A DNA stretch of 64,000 nucleotides from Antedon mediterranea (taxonomy: Eukaryota; Animalia; Echinodermata). The translations under genes and the position numbers were made by a program. The stretch covers positions 39,606,388 to 39,670,387 of the forward strand of contig NC_092670.1 in assembly GCF_964355755.1 (NCBI RefSeq), read 5' to 3'. The stretch's first letter is position 1. Each line of letters starts with the position of its first letter. A model generated the notes under the pieces. It saw nothing but the letters and a program-made list of their open reading frames with translations. It was not told the DNA's origin and made no database searches. Of this stretch, positions 1 to 13,092 are shown piece after piece.

Positions 1-49
1 ATTAAAATGGATTAAAAAACTTTGTGTAATCCACATTTTAAGTGTAAGA

Positions 50-121
50 GATTTCGTAGTGTAGTGGTTGTCAAGTCTGCTTAACACGCAGAAGGTCCCG
101 GTTCGAGCCCTGGCGAAACCT
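50..121 (+). tRNA. tRNA-Val(AAC), degenerate, probable pseudogene
   Basis: Cloverleaf GATTTCG-TA-GTGTAGTGGTTGTCAAG-TCTGC-TTAACAC-GCAGA-AGGT-CCCGG-TTCGAGC-CCTGG-CGAAACC. Anticodon AAC at 83-85, A and B boxes present, T-run terminator at 123-128. There are mismatches in the acceptor (A51:C119), D and T stems, and one base is missing around the variable loop. Confidence 0.8.
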
Positions 122-184
122 ATTTTTTCTTTAACTTTATGGTGAAATATACTGTATACATAATATGATATAGAGTATATCTCG

Positions 185-535
185 TTTTATTACTCGGGGT
201 ACCGGAGTCTAGGACTCTCTCATCTTTTCCTCTTCTTCTTCCATCCGGACACTATTGAGCAAAAAGTGCGATTTATAAAGTACTACTCCTCCCTTATTCG
301 TTGTAGTATTGAGCTCGGATTTAGCATGAATATACTACAGGGACATGTCCTCAAAGCGATAGAGCCGGAATTTTAAATTTCAAACCGGATGCAGCCATAT
401 CACGTCTCAAAGATGGTACCGTATAGCCGTATTTGGTAGCGCGGTTATTGATGTGTATGCGACGTTACATCCGGTCTTATGACGTCATTACAGCTTCTTT
501 CGCTGTACCCCGAGTATTGCACATTCGTGCTTGTT
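185..535 (+). mobile_element. Non-autonomous Helentron/HINE (DINE-1-like) element
   Basis: Starts in a T-run. SubTIR TACTCGGGGTAC (191-202) is inverted at 505-516. A (CTT)n microsatellite lies near the 5' end, and a 3' hairpin GCAC-ATTC-GTGC is followed by TTGTT. Confidence 0.6.
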
Positions 536-1514
536 CAATCAAGCGGCTAGCTAGGTATACACAATTAAAAAAAAAATTCTCTTTCAAAAATCCTCATTTA
601 TGGTTCTCATTCGTGGTTGGATATTTTATAAAAAAGACAGAAGCCTTGTAAACCTTAGTCTTCACTCCATTTTAGAAACTGTTGGTGAGGCCGAAATTAA
701 TTTCTGTGCCTCCTTGTGGTTTTTTGTAATTACAATTGTTATGATTTACGCAATTGAATAAATCAATAAGAAGTAAAGAAATCTCAGTGATTCAGCAAAT
801 GTACAAACTTTTTATATAAAAGTATTGACGACTTAGACAGCGAGTGCAATCATCCGATAAGTAAAGAAAAAGTGAATAAAAAATTATAAAGATCAAAGAG
901 CCGATTTACGCTTGTGGACAAAATATTTTGATTTGACCTTTTTACTTGGTATAAAAAAAATGTCAAAATACTTTAGGTTGCTAAATGTAAATAGTGTATG
1001 GCATTACAAGAACGTCATGCTAAGTATAAAAACAACTTTTCCACCAAAGTTTGTTTTTGCAATTCTTCGCTTTTTTACAGCACTACAAAAACAGTTTATT
1101 CGGTAAAAAAGTAATACAAAACTTACGCTTCAATATGGGCGCTACTATCCCATGAACTAGTTCATGATTATCAGGTAATGTGACAAATAACGACACGATG
1201 CAACACCCGAACTGTCACCTGATTGGTCAACTTGCTTTGCGCCTAGTATACAGTTATATACATGACCTTATTTGGTCTGATATCGAGTTTTTTTTGTTTA
1301 ATTTATTTATTTATGTGTTTATTTATTATGTATTTACTTGTTTTGCTTTCAACAGTAACTTCTGTCACTGTCGCGTTTTTTAGGCCTACCATAGGCTAGC
1401 TATTAATTATTTCGTTTTGAAGTAGTAGCTAAAAAGGCAGTAGGCCTATAGTACAATTGAAATATAATAATATAAACATATATAAAACAAGGTTTTCTTT
1501 CTTTAAAAACTGCT

Positions 1515-4376
1515 GAGTCGTCTTCAATTATTTAACTTAATTCCTCGGCTGTAAGTTTGCACAATAAGGATTATTTTTTTATTTGAGGAAAGGAGACGTA
1601 TTGTTACGAATCTTGTATCTGAATATGTATCACAAAATAATATATAATAACACTTTTTTTGGAAAATGACACAGCTATAAATTCAATTGACTAAGTAGTT
1701 TCTGGTTAACAACAATGCATTAGCCTCCTAAAGATAACGAGTGTCGGAATCAAATGCAATTTATTTCTGAAAGAGTTACAAATGCTATTGAATTCTATAG
1801 AGTTCTATAGAAAATTGTATAGAGCTCTGTGGTATTCTAGAAGTACAACATTTCCATGAAAACCTATTTCAATTTCTATAGAATTTATTTCATCATCCGC
1901 ATAATAAACATGTATTTCTAATAAAAGTGGCGGCACCAAGAAAGCAAATGCTTTTGTCAGGGACGCCTAACAAAACAGGACAAAATAATATATACCGTAT
2001 TAAATATCACAGAAATGAAACTAATCCTAATGGTACATTTCAATTGCAGTATAAATCATATTAATACATTCGATATTGGTAAAGGTAAATATATTTAAAA
2101 AAACAAACAAAACATGGTCACTAAGTATTGTTTGATAATAAATAATTTATTGTCTATAGAATGTTTCTTCTTTTCTATAGAATCTATATGGCCGCGCAAC
2201 TAATCTTAACATCCATTGAATGGAGAATTGCAATACAGTGAATTGGTTTATGCGCATGTATTAATATAAGTTCCTGACGCGAAAAAAAAATGCGCAACCA
2301 ATCGAAGTCAAGATAAATGTTTGATTGGCGCGAAACATATTGATTCCTGTAAAAGAAAAACATGCTGTCTGGAAATGTAAACGAAAGATATTCAAACAAA
2401 CAAAATGTTTTTCTAACATATTGTTTGCGATATACTGTAAATATAGTCACTGACATATTTATATTGTAGTAATACATGCTGAAATAATTTGCTGTGTGTT
2501 TCAAAAAATCTCACAATGGTCCGAGTACTGACACGTGGTAGGTGGCTGCTTGCCGAGATGGTAATACTTCCATACCGTTGTTAAAAGATACGTCTACGGA
2601 CGCACGCACGTACCATATGGTCACCATTCAATAGTGTATGGTTCCATATTGACATAACCATAAGGACATTTCGTCGTCGACACCACGAAGTGACACTAAC
2701 CGCGTAATTGATGAAAACAGCGTTTCGAGAAAAACGCGATTGAAGAAACGAGCTTCACAAAACACACGATTTCGTCCTCAAAAAATGTCACTAAGATTTT
2801 TAATTTACATACATACAAAGTTAGACAATCCAGCTACCCATTACTTTAATTTAATTTAAATCATATTAATTAATTACCAAGTAAATTAAAGATAAACATT
2901 AGTGTCACTTCGTGAAACTGAAAAATTCATTTCCCTACGCAGAGTCGTCTTCAATTATTTAACTTAATTCCTCGGCTGTAAGTTTGCACAATAAGGATTA
3001 TTTTTTTTATTTGAGGAAAAGAGACGTATTGTTACGAATCTTGTATCTGAATATGTATCACAAAATAATATATAATAAAACTTTTTTTGGAAAATGACAC
3101 AGCTATAAATTCAATTGACTAAGTAGTTTCTGGTTAACAACAATTGCATTAGCCTCCTAAAGATAACGAGTGTCGGAATCAAATGCAATTTATTTCTGAA
3201 AGAGTTACAAATGCTATTGAATTCTATAGAGTTCTATAGAGTTCTATAGAAAATTGTATAGAGCTCTGTGGTATTCTAGAAGTACAACATTTCCATGAAA
3301 ACCTATTTCAATTTCTATAGAATTTATTTCATCATCCGCATAATAAACATGTATTTCTAATAAAAGTGGCGGCACCAAGAAAGCAAATGCTTTTGTCAGG
3401 GACGCCTAACAAAACAGGACAAAATAATATATACCGTACTAAATATCACAGAAATGAAACTAATCCTAATGGTACATTTCAATTGCAGTATAAATCATAT
3501 TAATACATTCGCTATTGGTAAAGGTAAATATATTTAAAAAAACAAACAAAACATGGTCACTAAGTATTGTTTGATAATAAATAATTTATTGTCTATAGAA
3601 TGTTTCTTCTTTTCTATAGAATCTATATGGCCGCGCAACTAATCTTAACATCCATTGAATGGAGAATTGCAATACAGTGAATTGGTTTATGCGCATATAT
3701 TAATATAAGTTCCTGACGCGGAAAAAAAATGCGCAACCAATCGAAGTCAAGATAAATGTTTGATTGGCGCGAAATATATTGATTCCTGTAAAAGAAAAAC
3801 ATGCTGTCTGGAAATGTAAACGAAAGATATTCAAACAAACAAAATGTTTTTCTAACATATTGTTTGCAATATACTGTAAATATAGTCACTGAAATATTTA
3901 TATTGTAGTAATACATGCTGAAACAATTTGCTGTGTGTTTAAAAAAATCCCACAATGGTCTGAGTACTGACACGTGGTATGTCGCTGCTTGCCGAGATGG
4001 TAATACTTCCATACCGTTGTTAAAAGATACGTATACGGACGTACGCGCACGTACCATATGGTCACCATTCAATAGTGTATGGTTCCATATTGACATAACC
4101 ATAAGGACATTTCGTCGTCGACACCACGAAGTGACACTAACCGCGTAATTGATGAAAACAGCGTTTCGAGAAAAACATGATTGAAGAAACGAGCTTCACA
4201 AAACACACGATTTCGTCCTCAAAAAATGTCACTAAGATTTTTAATTTAACAAAGTTAGACAATCCAGCTACCCATTACTTTAATTTAATTTAAATCATAT
4301 TAATTAATTACCAAGTAAATTAAAGATAAACATTAGTGTCACTTCGTGAAACTGAAAAATTCATTTCCCTACGCAG
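1515..4376. repeat. Tandem duplication of a ~1.43-kb unit (about 1515-2941 and 2942-4376)
   Basis: Both copies start GAGTCGTCTTCAATTATTTAACTT and end TTCATTTCCCTACGCAG. They are near-identical, with scattered substitutions and small indels. The ORFs at 2184-2504 and 3623-4102 are by-products of the duplication. Confidence 0.95.
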
Positions 4377-5764
4377 TTTACGCTTACGAAGTGACACTAA
4401 TGCAGTTAGTGTCACTTCGTGAAACCGCAAATTCCATTTCACCGCGTATTTCTAGTGCGTTGGAAGTGGCACTACTGTGTAATTCATAGCTTTTCAATGC
4501 AATGATCTTACATCATAACAATTATGTATGGTCCTTGATAAGTGAACAATACATTCCAAACAGTCATGTCTCTTTTAAGTCTTGCCTGCACTATCCAACT
4601 TGCTTCATCTTCCTTTTCCATCACATTTTTGCTCAAGAACCATCTCTTCCTTGTTGCATGGCCATCTCCAATGAGATGGCCATTCAATGTATTGTTTTCA
4701 TTGATTTTCCCTTTGATTCAATTCATTTTTCCATTATTTTAGTTTGTTAGTTTTCATAAATTCTATTTATTTTGATTTATTTTTTAAGTGTTGTATGTTA
4801 TTGTCTTATCAAATTGCATTTTTGTGAGGTTTTTTCTATCTAATGATCACCTTCGACTGGATGGACCACCCTAGTAAAATAGTGTTGAAATAAATAAAAT
4901 CAAACTTAATGTGACCAACATTAATGTGATGTGCTTAAATGGACAGAATGGCGTAATCCCTACCATATTTGGGCACATCACACTTTTTTTGTCAAAATGG
5001 TTTGATAGTGTAGACAGGGTTAGGCCTAGGTTATTTATAAATGAAACAACCACATCAAATAAATCTAAAAACATAGGTTGACCTACTTTAACACTTTTAA
5101 TAAAACCTAATACATAGACATATAAATAGGCCTATCTGGAATGTACAGTAAGCATAATGAACATATTCATATTTTTTTTTCCATATTATAATAAATATTA
5201 ATTAGTTATTTTTTCAACATTGAACAATTAATAATTCAGTAATACAATACTTATGCCAGTATTAATTTATATCAAAGATTTTTCTCTATTGTTATATAAA
5301 TCATTATTAAATACTTAATCAATGTCGTTACATTATTTTTTTCTATTATCAGTATGCTTTTTAATTTATTCAATCCATTGTTCTGTGATGTACACATCCT
5401 CTAAAATGCTCATATAACATAAACACTTGCTACAGGCTGCCTACACCTCCCCTTTTTAAACCTTTGACTTGATACCTTCTCCCTTAAATTGAGGTAGACA
5501 GATTGCTTGTTGATCGAATTTCGGTTGTTCCCCCTTACCTTATTTTCTTGAAACTGTTCTGAAAACAAAAAACACATTTTAACAGTGATTTCTTATTGTT
5601 AAAAATCAAGCAGAGTAGTTTAGCCTAGAATAGAGAGTCTACTCTAGCCAAGTAGTAGTAGTACTACTACTACTATTCCCTGGGCATACACATACTCTAG
5701 TTTGTTAGGCCTAGTTAGATCTGGGCCAGCTGGCTATGCCTAAACGTCACAGAAAAGTAAAGTA

Positions 5765-5920
5765 GGCAGGATCCCAATGGAAATAAGCTGATAAGCTTTT
5801 TGGGCTATCCTGGAAAGTCTTTTATAAATGTATTATTTGTAATGTCCGTAATTTATGTTATCACTTTGTATGTATTTTTTATGATGATTTTCCAAATAAA
5901 TTCAATTCAAATCAAATCAA
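5765..5920 (+). mobile_element. 3' end of a LINE (L2/CR1-group-like) or LINE-tailed SINE
   Basis: Stem-loop-forming GGATCCCAATGGAAATAAGC...GCTTTTTGGGCTATCC, an AT-rich UTR, AATAAA and a short (TTCAA/ATCAA)n tail. Confidence 0.45.
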
Positions 5921-6270
5921 GCCGCGATATTTCTTTTCGTACATAAGTTGTTGGGGACCCCTCGTGAAACGTCACAAAATAAACATGAATATTCATTAAT
6001 AATATCCATAAGGTGTGACGTAAGAATTCAGCTAACTACAATTCGCTAATGCAAACGATTTCTGTCGAGCCGTCTGTGTAGTCGAGTGGATAAGACTATG
6101 TTAATGGACTTTACATGTCGATGTATGGGGTTTGACTCCCATGAGCTACTTCTTTTACTTTATAGTGAGAGAGAGATTATTTAGAGGGTTAGGTTTAGTT
6201 ATATTTAGGAAGTAGTTCGGCTATCTTTCACATGGGGTCCCCAACTGTACGAAAAAAAAAATCGCGGCCA
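5921..6270. mobile_element. MITE with ~36-bp TIRs enclosing a tRNA-like Pol III A/B-box module
   Basis: GCCGCGATATTTCTTTTCGTACA..GTTGGGGACCCC (5921-5961) is inverted at 6234-6268. Inside are TAGTCGAGTGG (A box, 6079-6089), GGTTTGACTCC (B box, 6129-6139) within a T-arm-like stem, and a T-run. Confidence 0.6.
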
Positions 6271-6890
6271 GTACTACTAGGCCTAGGCTAAAAGTGGGTC
6301 AAATTACTGTTTTATAAATTATAAAATAAATATATAATAGGCCTCGACATGACGGATATCTGAGCGGACTAAAATTCTTTAAATAAACTAATTAACTTAC
6401 CGTCTTTCTTGATAAAATGCAATCTGTAGGCTAGGCCAAAACTGTAAACAAACGCGCAAAATTCATTACCCGTGTGGCGCTGGCAAGCACACATACGGGT
6501 ATTTAATAAATAGTGTCACTTCGTAAAAACGCAAATTCCATATGATAGTGTTTTTTTATATTGTCTAATTAATGTAATTAATTAATGATATTTGAAAGTT
6601 TAGATTTTGTGAAAACATAGAGTTTGATATACATAATCATGGAGTATTCTTTACTCCATGACATAATGAAAATATCGAAAAAAAAATTTTTTCAAAAATT
6701 ACAGATTTTTAGGTTAGTGTCACTTCGTGTAGTGGTGACGATGACGATTTTATAACAAAAGTGTTGTTACAGTGTTTACGATATCACAAATTAATATTTT
6801 ATTAAATTTAATAACAGTTTTAATATAGGACTTATCGATCCGGAGCAAATTCAATGATAATGACGGTGGTAGGTTGCTTAATACAATTAA

Positions 6891-7290
6891 AGGCCCGTTC
6901 ACACTAGGACGATAACGATCGACGATAATAGACAATAATTTGCATTTTTCATACATAAAATAAAAGAAATATAAAACCTTTTCATTCTAGAACTATAGAA
7001 TAACCATCTATGCTTCCTTTGATGACAATTATATTTCCACACGTCCAATCAAATGACGTCATGATTAGTAAGAGCAATAATATCGTGATAATACAACGAT
7101 TTTATTGTTTTTATGTATCATGACGTCATTTGATTGGAATTTTAAAAATATTAATTTTATCAAAGACAGCATAAATGATTATCCTATAGTCCTAGAACGA
7201 AACCCTTTCTAATTTCTTTTGTTTTATGTTTAAAAAATGCATGCTTATATATTTATCGTCGATCGTTATCGTTCTAGTGTGAATGGGCCT
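6891..7290. mobile_element. PIF/Harbinger-type foldback MITE
   Basis: TIR AGGCCCGTTCACACTAG...CTAGTGTGAATGGGCCT with 3-bp TAA TSD (6888-6890, 7291-7293). Almost the whole 400 bp is an imperfect palindrome. Confidence 0.85.
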
Positions 7291-7308
7291 TAAGTGGCAT
7301 AACCCCAA

Positions 7309-10226
7309 TAGTACAGTCACATATGTAAGGAAAACTAGCTCCAGCTCGATATTAGTGCCAAAATAGATTTTATTGGCTAACTTTGTTATTCTTGAGTTGC
7401 TGAATTCAAAAAAGTTAGGTGCCATTTTTTTCGACCACTCCTTCAGCCGCCATTTTGTATTTCAAAATGGCCGACATTCCACACTGAACTTTGTCATCCA
7501 TGGTATCATCGGAAAGGGAATATAATACTGATCATTTTATCCCATTACATCCATATAAAAAAATGCATAGTTACATAGTTATTTAACAATAAAACAAGTC
7601 ACGTGACCAAAAAGGTCAAAAGGTCAACATTTTAATTTTCTCAAATACTTTACTGTTTGGTATCGTAGGATAGCTTTTTTTATTCTGAATACAGTTTTAC
7701 TAATATCTATTCGATTTTCCTTTATTTATTGTCATAATTTTCCAATTATGTAAATAAATTTTTAAATGTACAATAAAAAAGGTCTCTTCCGTATTAAAGA
7801 TAAATACGTTTTTTTTTTATTCATTCAAATGTTGGTAACATTTATCTGGTTATAATAACAATTTCAGTGTGTGAAACTACTTTAGTATAAGATAAGTTTT
7901 ACTATCAAGATCCTCGATATGCCCGGTTTTCGCATTGCAAGTAGAAAACAAGATCAAACAACCATTGCTTTGCAGGTAAATTAGTTGCGACGCAAACATG
8001 ATTTGGAGGTAAAGTAATTGATTTTAGTACCTTTTATTTGAGCAAGTTCATACAACTACTACAGCAGAAACAGAAACGTAACTTTGGAAAGTAATTTAGA
8101 TTTGTCTTAATTCTGCTAGTTAATGTAGTTTTATTTATAACTATATCCAGTGCAGTGGCGTCTATGCTGTTTTTTTCAAACATGGTTTTCTGCCAATAGC
8201 ATGGTTGTATGTTGTAAGCCTAGGCCTATATATATATATAAAGTAAATCGATAAAAAAGTTGTTGCTTATTTAAATTAATTTATGTAGGCCTACACATTC
8301 TTATATTATATATATTGGATATTTGTGTGACCATAAAGGCAGGATAGAAAACAGCTCATCTATACTGTGTATAAGTGGTCGAATAATCTTCCACCGTTTC
8401 AGATGATAACATAATTTTATTGAATATAAATTAAATCGGTGGCTCACAAGAATACAAATACTAACAACAAACGGATACAATAGGATCATGCCCAAGAACA
8501 ATAACCGATGACTGAAAGGCCGATTCTATCTTCTACCGGTGTGTGGTCGCACTCCACTGCATTTTTGATAAATATAACTGAGAAATGCAGTAAAAGTAAC
8601 AAAATTAAAATACAAATTTATAAAAGGGAATTCAATAACTGAAATCGTTAAATACGGTATATATTTATAAAGAGTCTGTAGTTAAAAGATTTCGTTTTTC
8701 TCAAACTAATTTGAATATTATTGCTGGAAAGCGGATTTTGTTTCCCTTATTTCCGATAAGTTCTTAAAGTTAAGTTACCAGAAACAAGTATAGTTTGATT
8801 AATTATTCTATGTGGCTTTTAATAATAACCACGTATAGTTAGGATTTATATTGCGATAATCACAAACCATACGTAAAAATCAAAGGGAACCTTTAGATGT
8901 TAAAAACACCGAATTCGTTTCTTTACAATATCGATTGGTAGTTTGTAAAGGCAGCAGTATAGGACACTGACTTTTCTTTATTTCGTGTAAACTTTATTTG
9001 AGGAAAACTAATTGATCTTAATTTTTTTTTTTTAATTCTTAAGATTTTTTCACTGTATAATAATATCAAATGAAAAAATGTTTGCTGCTGCACTTCATCT
9101 GAGGTTCAAAGGGAAAGGCATGCCAATTAACATTGGCATTGTGAACAGATGGCTTTATATTGTGTGGTACCCGCTTTGACAAAAATACAAATGATTTTGA
9201 ACGCTACGCAAATGATACCATGACCCGTAGCATTTTTTTCTTTTTACGAAAAACAGAAATATAAACTACTAAAAATAAAATAGATTCAGAATTTCTATCC
9301 AACGAAACAAAACAAAGATGTGACGTGACAACAGTTGATTTCACCATTGTTCACGGACTATAGTTATTTTGATTTTAAAGTAAATAACTCGGAAACTTGA
9401 CATTGAAGTTAAATGTAATCCAGTACCGTACGGTACTTATTTAGTATTAAGATAATATATAATATACTATAAAACATATAAATGGACAATAACAAAGTAG
9501 AATGAAAATCAAACAAACATTTGAATGAATTGTAAAACCAATAAGAAAAACCGTATTTATCTTAATACGAAGGAGACTACTTTTGCCATTGTTAAAATGA
9601 GTATAGCGATTTAATGAATAGGCAAACTGCCTTAAAATGTGACATGTTTCGATAAACTATTCTCATCAGAAGAAAAACAGAAAACAAGTACGCCTAAAGT
9701 ACTTATATACCAATAGGACAGATTGTATGTAAATAAGAAAGTAATTAGCATGAAAAAACAACAAGGAACATTTAAAAACAATTTATTTACATAATTAGAA
9801 AATTATGACAATAAACAAAGTAAAATAGAATAGATATTAGTAAAACTGTATTCAGAATAAAAAAAAATCTATCCAACGATACCAAACAGTACAGTATTTT
9901 GGTGAAATTGCATTTTGACCTTTTTGACCTTTATTGGTCACGTGATTTGTTTTATTTCGCAATAACTATGTAACTATGCGTTTATTGATATGGGTGTAAT
10001 GGAATAAAATAATCAGTATTACATTCCCTTTCCAATGATACCATGGATGACCAAGTTTAGTGTGGAACGTCGGTCATTTTGAAATACAAAATGGCGGCTG
10101 AAGGAGTGGTCGAAAAAAATGGCACCTAACTTTTTTGGATTCAGCATTTCAAGAATAACAAAGTTAGCTAAAAAAAAATCTATTTTGGCACAAATATCGA
10201 GCTGGAAGACATAATAACCCGTACTA
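7309..10226. mobile_element. Non-autonomous Academ-like DNA transposon with ~500-bp inverted repeats
   Basis: Termini TAGTAC...GTACTA with 3-bp TSD CAA (7306-7308, 10227-10229). Long inverted repeat ~7340-7835 versus ~9515-10206, for example CCACTCCTTCAGCCGCCATTTTG / CAAAATGGCGGCTGAAGGAGTGG. No coding capacity seen. Confidence 0.65.
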
Positions 10227-11302
10227 CAATGAGTTACATTGCCACCAGAAAAATAGGGACCGGTACAAAATTTTACTCCACGCGAGTTGGAGGCCTATAC
10301 GTGCACGTAACATCAACTCCACAAAATGCTATTTTGACCGCCAGGGACGCCATAAAATGTTACATAATTTCAATCAATTGAAGGATTCTTAAAAAAAGAT
10401 TACGATGTAAAAGGGAGATTTGGTTAAATGTTAAGAATATAAGTCACCAGTGCTGATTTTCTATAGCTATGTTAATCAAAATACTAAAAATAAAAACCAA
10501 GGTACGACTTTAAGTCCGACGATTATGGTTCAAATAGGTATTATAGCACACCCAAAATTTGGTGAATAAAAAGTTTAAAACGTTTTGAATCGAAAGTATT
10601 TTCAAAAGCAATTGTGTTGCTTTACTTTAGTTAGTTTTATGAAATCTAGCTTGCCTTACCCTAATTATGATACAAGTGGTTATAGACATAAAAATGTAGA
10701 ATTTTACTTCCGCCGAGAATTACCTGACAAATGTTGCTTCGCTCCCCGGCTCTCTCTTGTATTAATTCTTTACACTATGAATAAACATACATGTTTTGCT
10801 TGATGATTTCGTCTTTGTATTTTTTAACCGGAAAAAATGAGAGAAAAAATTCAATCCCGGATGCATCGGATCCGGAATTGAGAAAAATCAATAATTATAG
10901 TCAAAATACACAGCACCCTTTTTCCTGGAATTGATAACTACTAAATTTCCTCCTTTTAATCTTTTGAATAGGCCTAAAAGATATCTACATGGACGTATAC
11001 ATATTGTGTATCTTCATAAATGAAACCAATTGATATAGGCTACACCTAATTTGAATATACAACAACGTGATTCACTACGTATCATTATCAAGTTGGTCTA
11101 ATAATAGTTGCCACTTAAACTTACTTAAAGTTAAATTTCTTTTTTAAACACGAATCAGTGTAACAATTAGGTCCTACATTGTTGTTCTTTTAGAAGAATA
11201 CAATACGATATCTATGTAATGAAATCAAACATGTCTACTGTAGCTAATTATAAAAGAATGTTTGTTGTAAAGCAAAGGGACACTCAAGTGGGTACACAAT
11301 GC

Positions 11303-12049
11303 AACAAGGCCAACAGCCATTAAGTCGCGTGCTACAATGCATAGTGATACCGGACCGACAGACAGACCGACCGACAGACCAACCGACATAGTGAACTATA
11401 CTGACTGAAATTACCGAAAACATGTTTAAAAATGTTGAAATGTTTAAAAACATTTATATTTTTTAATTTACACGTGCGTAGCCTGTCACTTTTGACGTGC
11501 TCGTATAACGTAATTTCGAGTTGAAAAGTAAGTCAAGAAAACAGAAATCGGGCAAAAAGAGTGCGGAACAACATTTAACGCGCAGTGCGCGCGCAAAAAT
11601 ATGCGCACTCATGGCAATTTTGTAAACGCTTAAAATTGCCTGAAACGTACTCTTATTTCATCGAAAATAAATTTTGAAAATTTTAAGCGCGCGTACGCAT
11701 GCGTTACATGCGCTACGCACGTAATTGTATTGCCATATGATGATTTATGCCCTGAAATTTATGAGTACCAAATTTTATTTAATTGTGATTCATGGTTGTG
11801 AAGATATGATTACAAACGTGATTTCGTTAAATCGTGCGTAGACCGCGTAATTTTTTATTGCGCACCGTGAAAACATAACCACATCGATTCCTGGCCATAA
11901 GGAATATACTGTGAAAAATTGACCTAGCTAGATTAAACTGATATCAAGATAAGGTCAGAAAGCGATAAAACGCATAGTGATACCGGACCGACCGACAGAC
12001 CGACCGACCGACATAGTGAACTATAGAGTCGCTTCCACGCCACTAAAAA
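11303..12049 (-). mobile_element. Non-autonomous Helentron/HINE element
   Basis: The minus strand reads TTTTT-AGT(G/C)GCGTG-GAA-GCGACT palindrome, (GTCG/GTCT)n microsatellite, core, subTIR CACGCGACT, hairpin GGCTGTTGGCC, TTGTT. Core ~11460-11950 is the reverse complement of ~26135-26640. Confidence 0.7.
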
Positions 12050-12909
12050 CAGGATTCAGGTGAGTCAATCTACGTGAACAGAGGACACACTGAAAGTATA
12101 GGCGATTGAATCTTACAATAAGACAGCCTCAAATGATCTTGAAATCGTAAAATATATGAATTATTCAAAACACTTACTAATTAATACAGGTAAAAGCAAT
12201 CCAAATATCACACAAAACGTAAACTTGCTTGGTGCCATTGCTACGACATACATATACTGTCTTTAGTTTACGATTGTTCACATTCAGGATCACACAGCTA
12301 TTAATTAGAGGTATGTACGTGAACGATAAAATATAACCACTTTTGAATTTAGACTCGCTGAAGCGATTCATTAAACTAACTTTCTATAGCGGGATTATCA
12401 ATAAAGCCACGGTCTGTCAATTCACCAACAGTGAAAGCGGTGTCTCCACCCATTGTGGATTTAGTGTCGCAAAATAGAACACTATAATGAATAGGGTCGG
12501 TACGTCACTTTTTGACGTAGACGATATTAACACGGGGAGGATATAAATAAATCCCGTTGCGTTTTCCGCATGCATTCGACCTCAGTATTTCAGTATTTTA
12601 TTGGTACTCACTTTAGAATCTGTGGCACACACCTTTCGGTGGTGCCGTCATACAAAATAAACAACAACATTAAAAAAAGTAAATGATGATTAAACTGACA
12701 TGACAAATCGTCATGAACACATTGATAAACAAACAAAAACACAAAAACACAAAAAAAAGATAAATTTAAAAAAAAATAATACATTGTAGCAATCATACTA
12801 ATCAAATGAATAAAAATAAATAAATAAAAACATTTAAAAAAAAAATGAAATCCTCTTCATCATTCGAATCTTGCAAACAAGGAAGATCTTCCCTAATGCA
12901 ACATATATA

Positions 12910-13092
12910 AGCCTTGTCTTACACTATCAAACTTTATGTGACTATAAAATGTGATGTGCCTATATATGGACATGATGATATCACATCACTACCATATTTG
13001 ACCACATCACTACCATATTTGACCATATCACTAGCATATTTGGGCACATCGCACTTTTTTTGTCAAACTAGTTTGATAGTGTAGACAGAGCT
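12910..13092. mobile_element. Short MITE family (Harbinger-like), multiple copies in the window
   Basis: TIR consensus AGCTCTGTCTACACTATCAAAC...GTTTGATAGTGTAGACAGAGCT. Related copies or fragments lie at ~4960-5018, 36590-36718, 38972-39107 and 41192-41326. Confidence 0.75.

Larger units (their letters stand above)
4113..6746. mobile_element. Non-autonomous DNA transposon, Sola1-like (4-bp AWWT TSD)
   Basis: Left end CGTCGTCGACACCACGAAGTGACACTAACC is an imperfect inverted repeat of right end GGTTAGTGTCACTTCGTGTAGTGGTGACGATGACG. ATTT flanks both ends (4109-4112, 6747-6750). The subterminal motif AGTGTCACTTCGT is repeated near both ends. No intact ORF. Confidence 0.6.

Noticed and set aside
2184-4148. 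Duplicated 106/159-aa ORFs as a gene pair
   Set aside because: No recognisable domain, AT-driven composition, and similarity explained by the tandem duplication.
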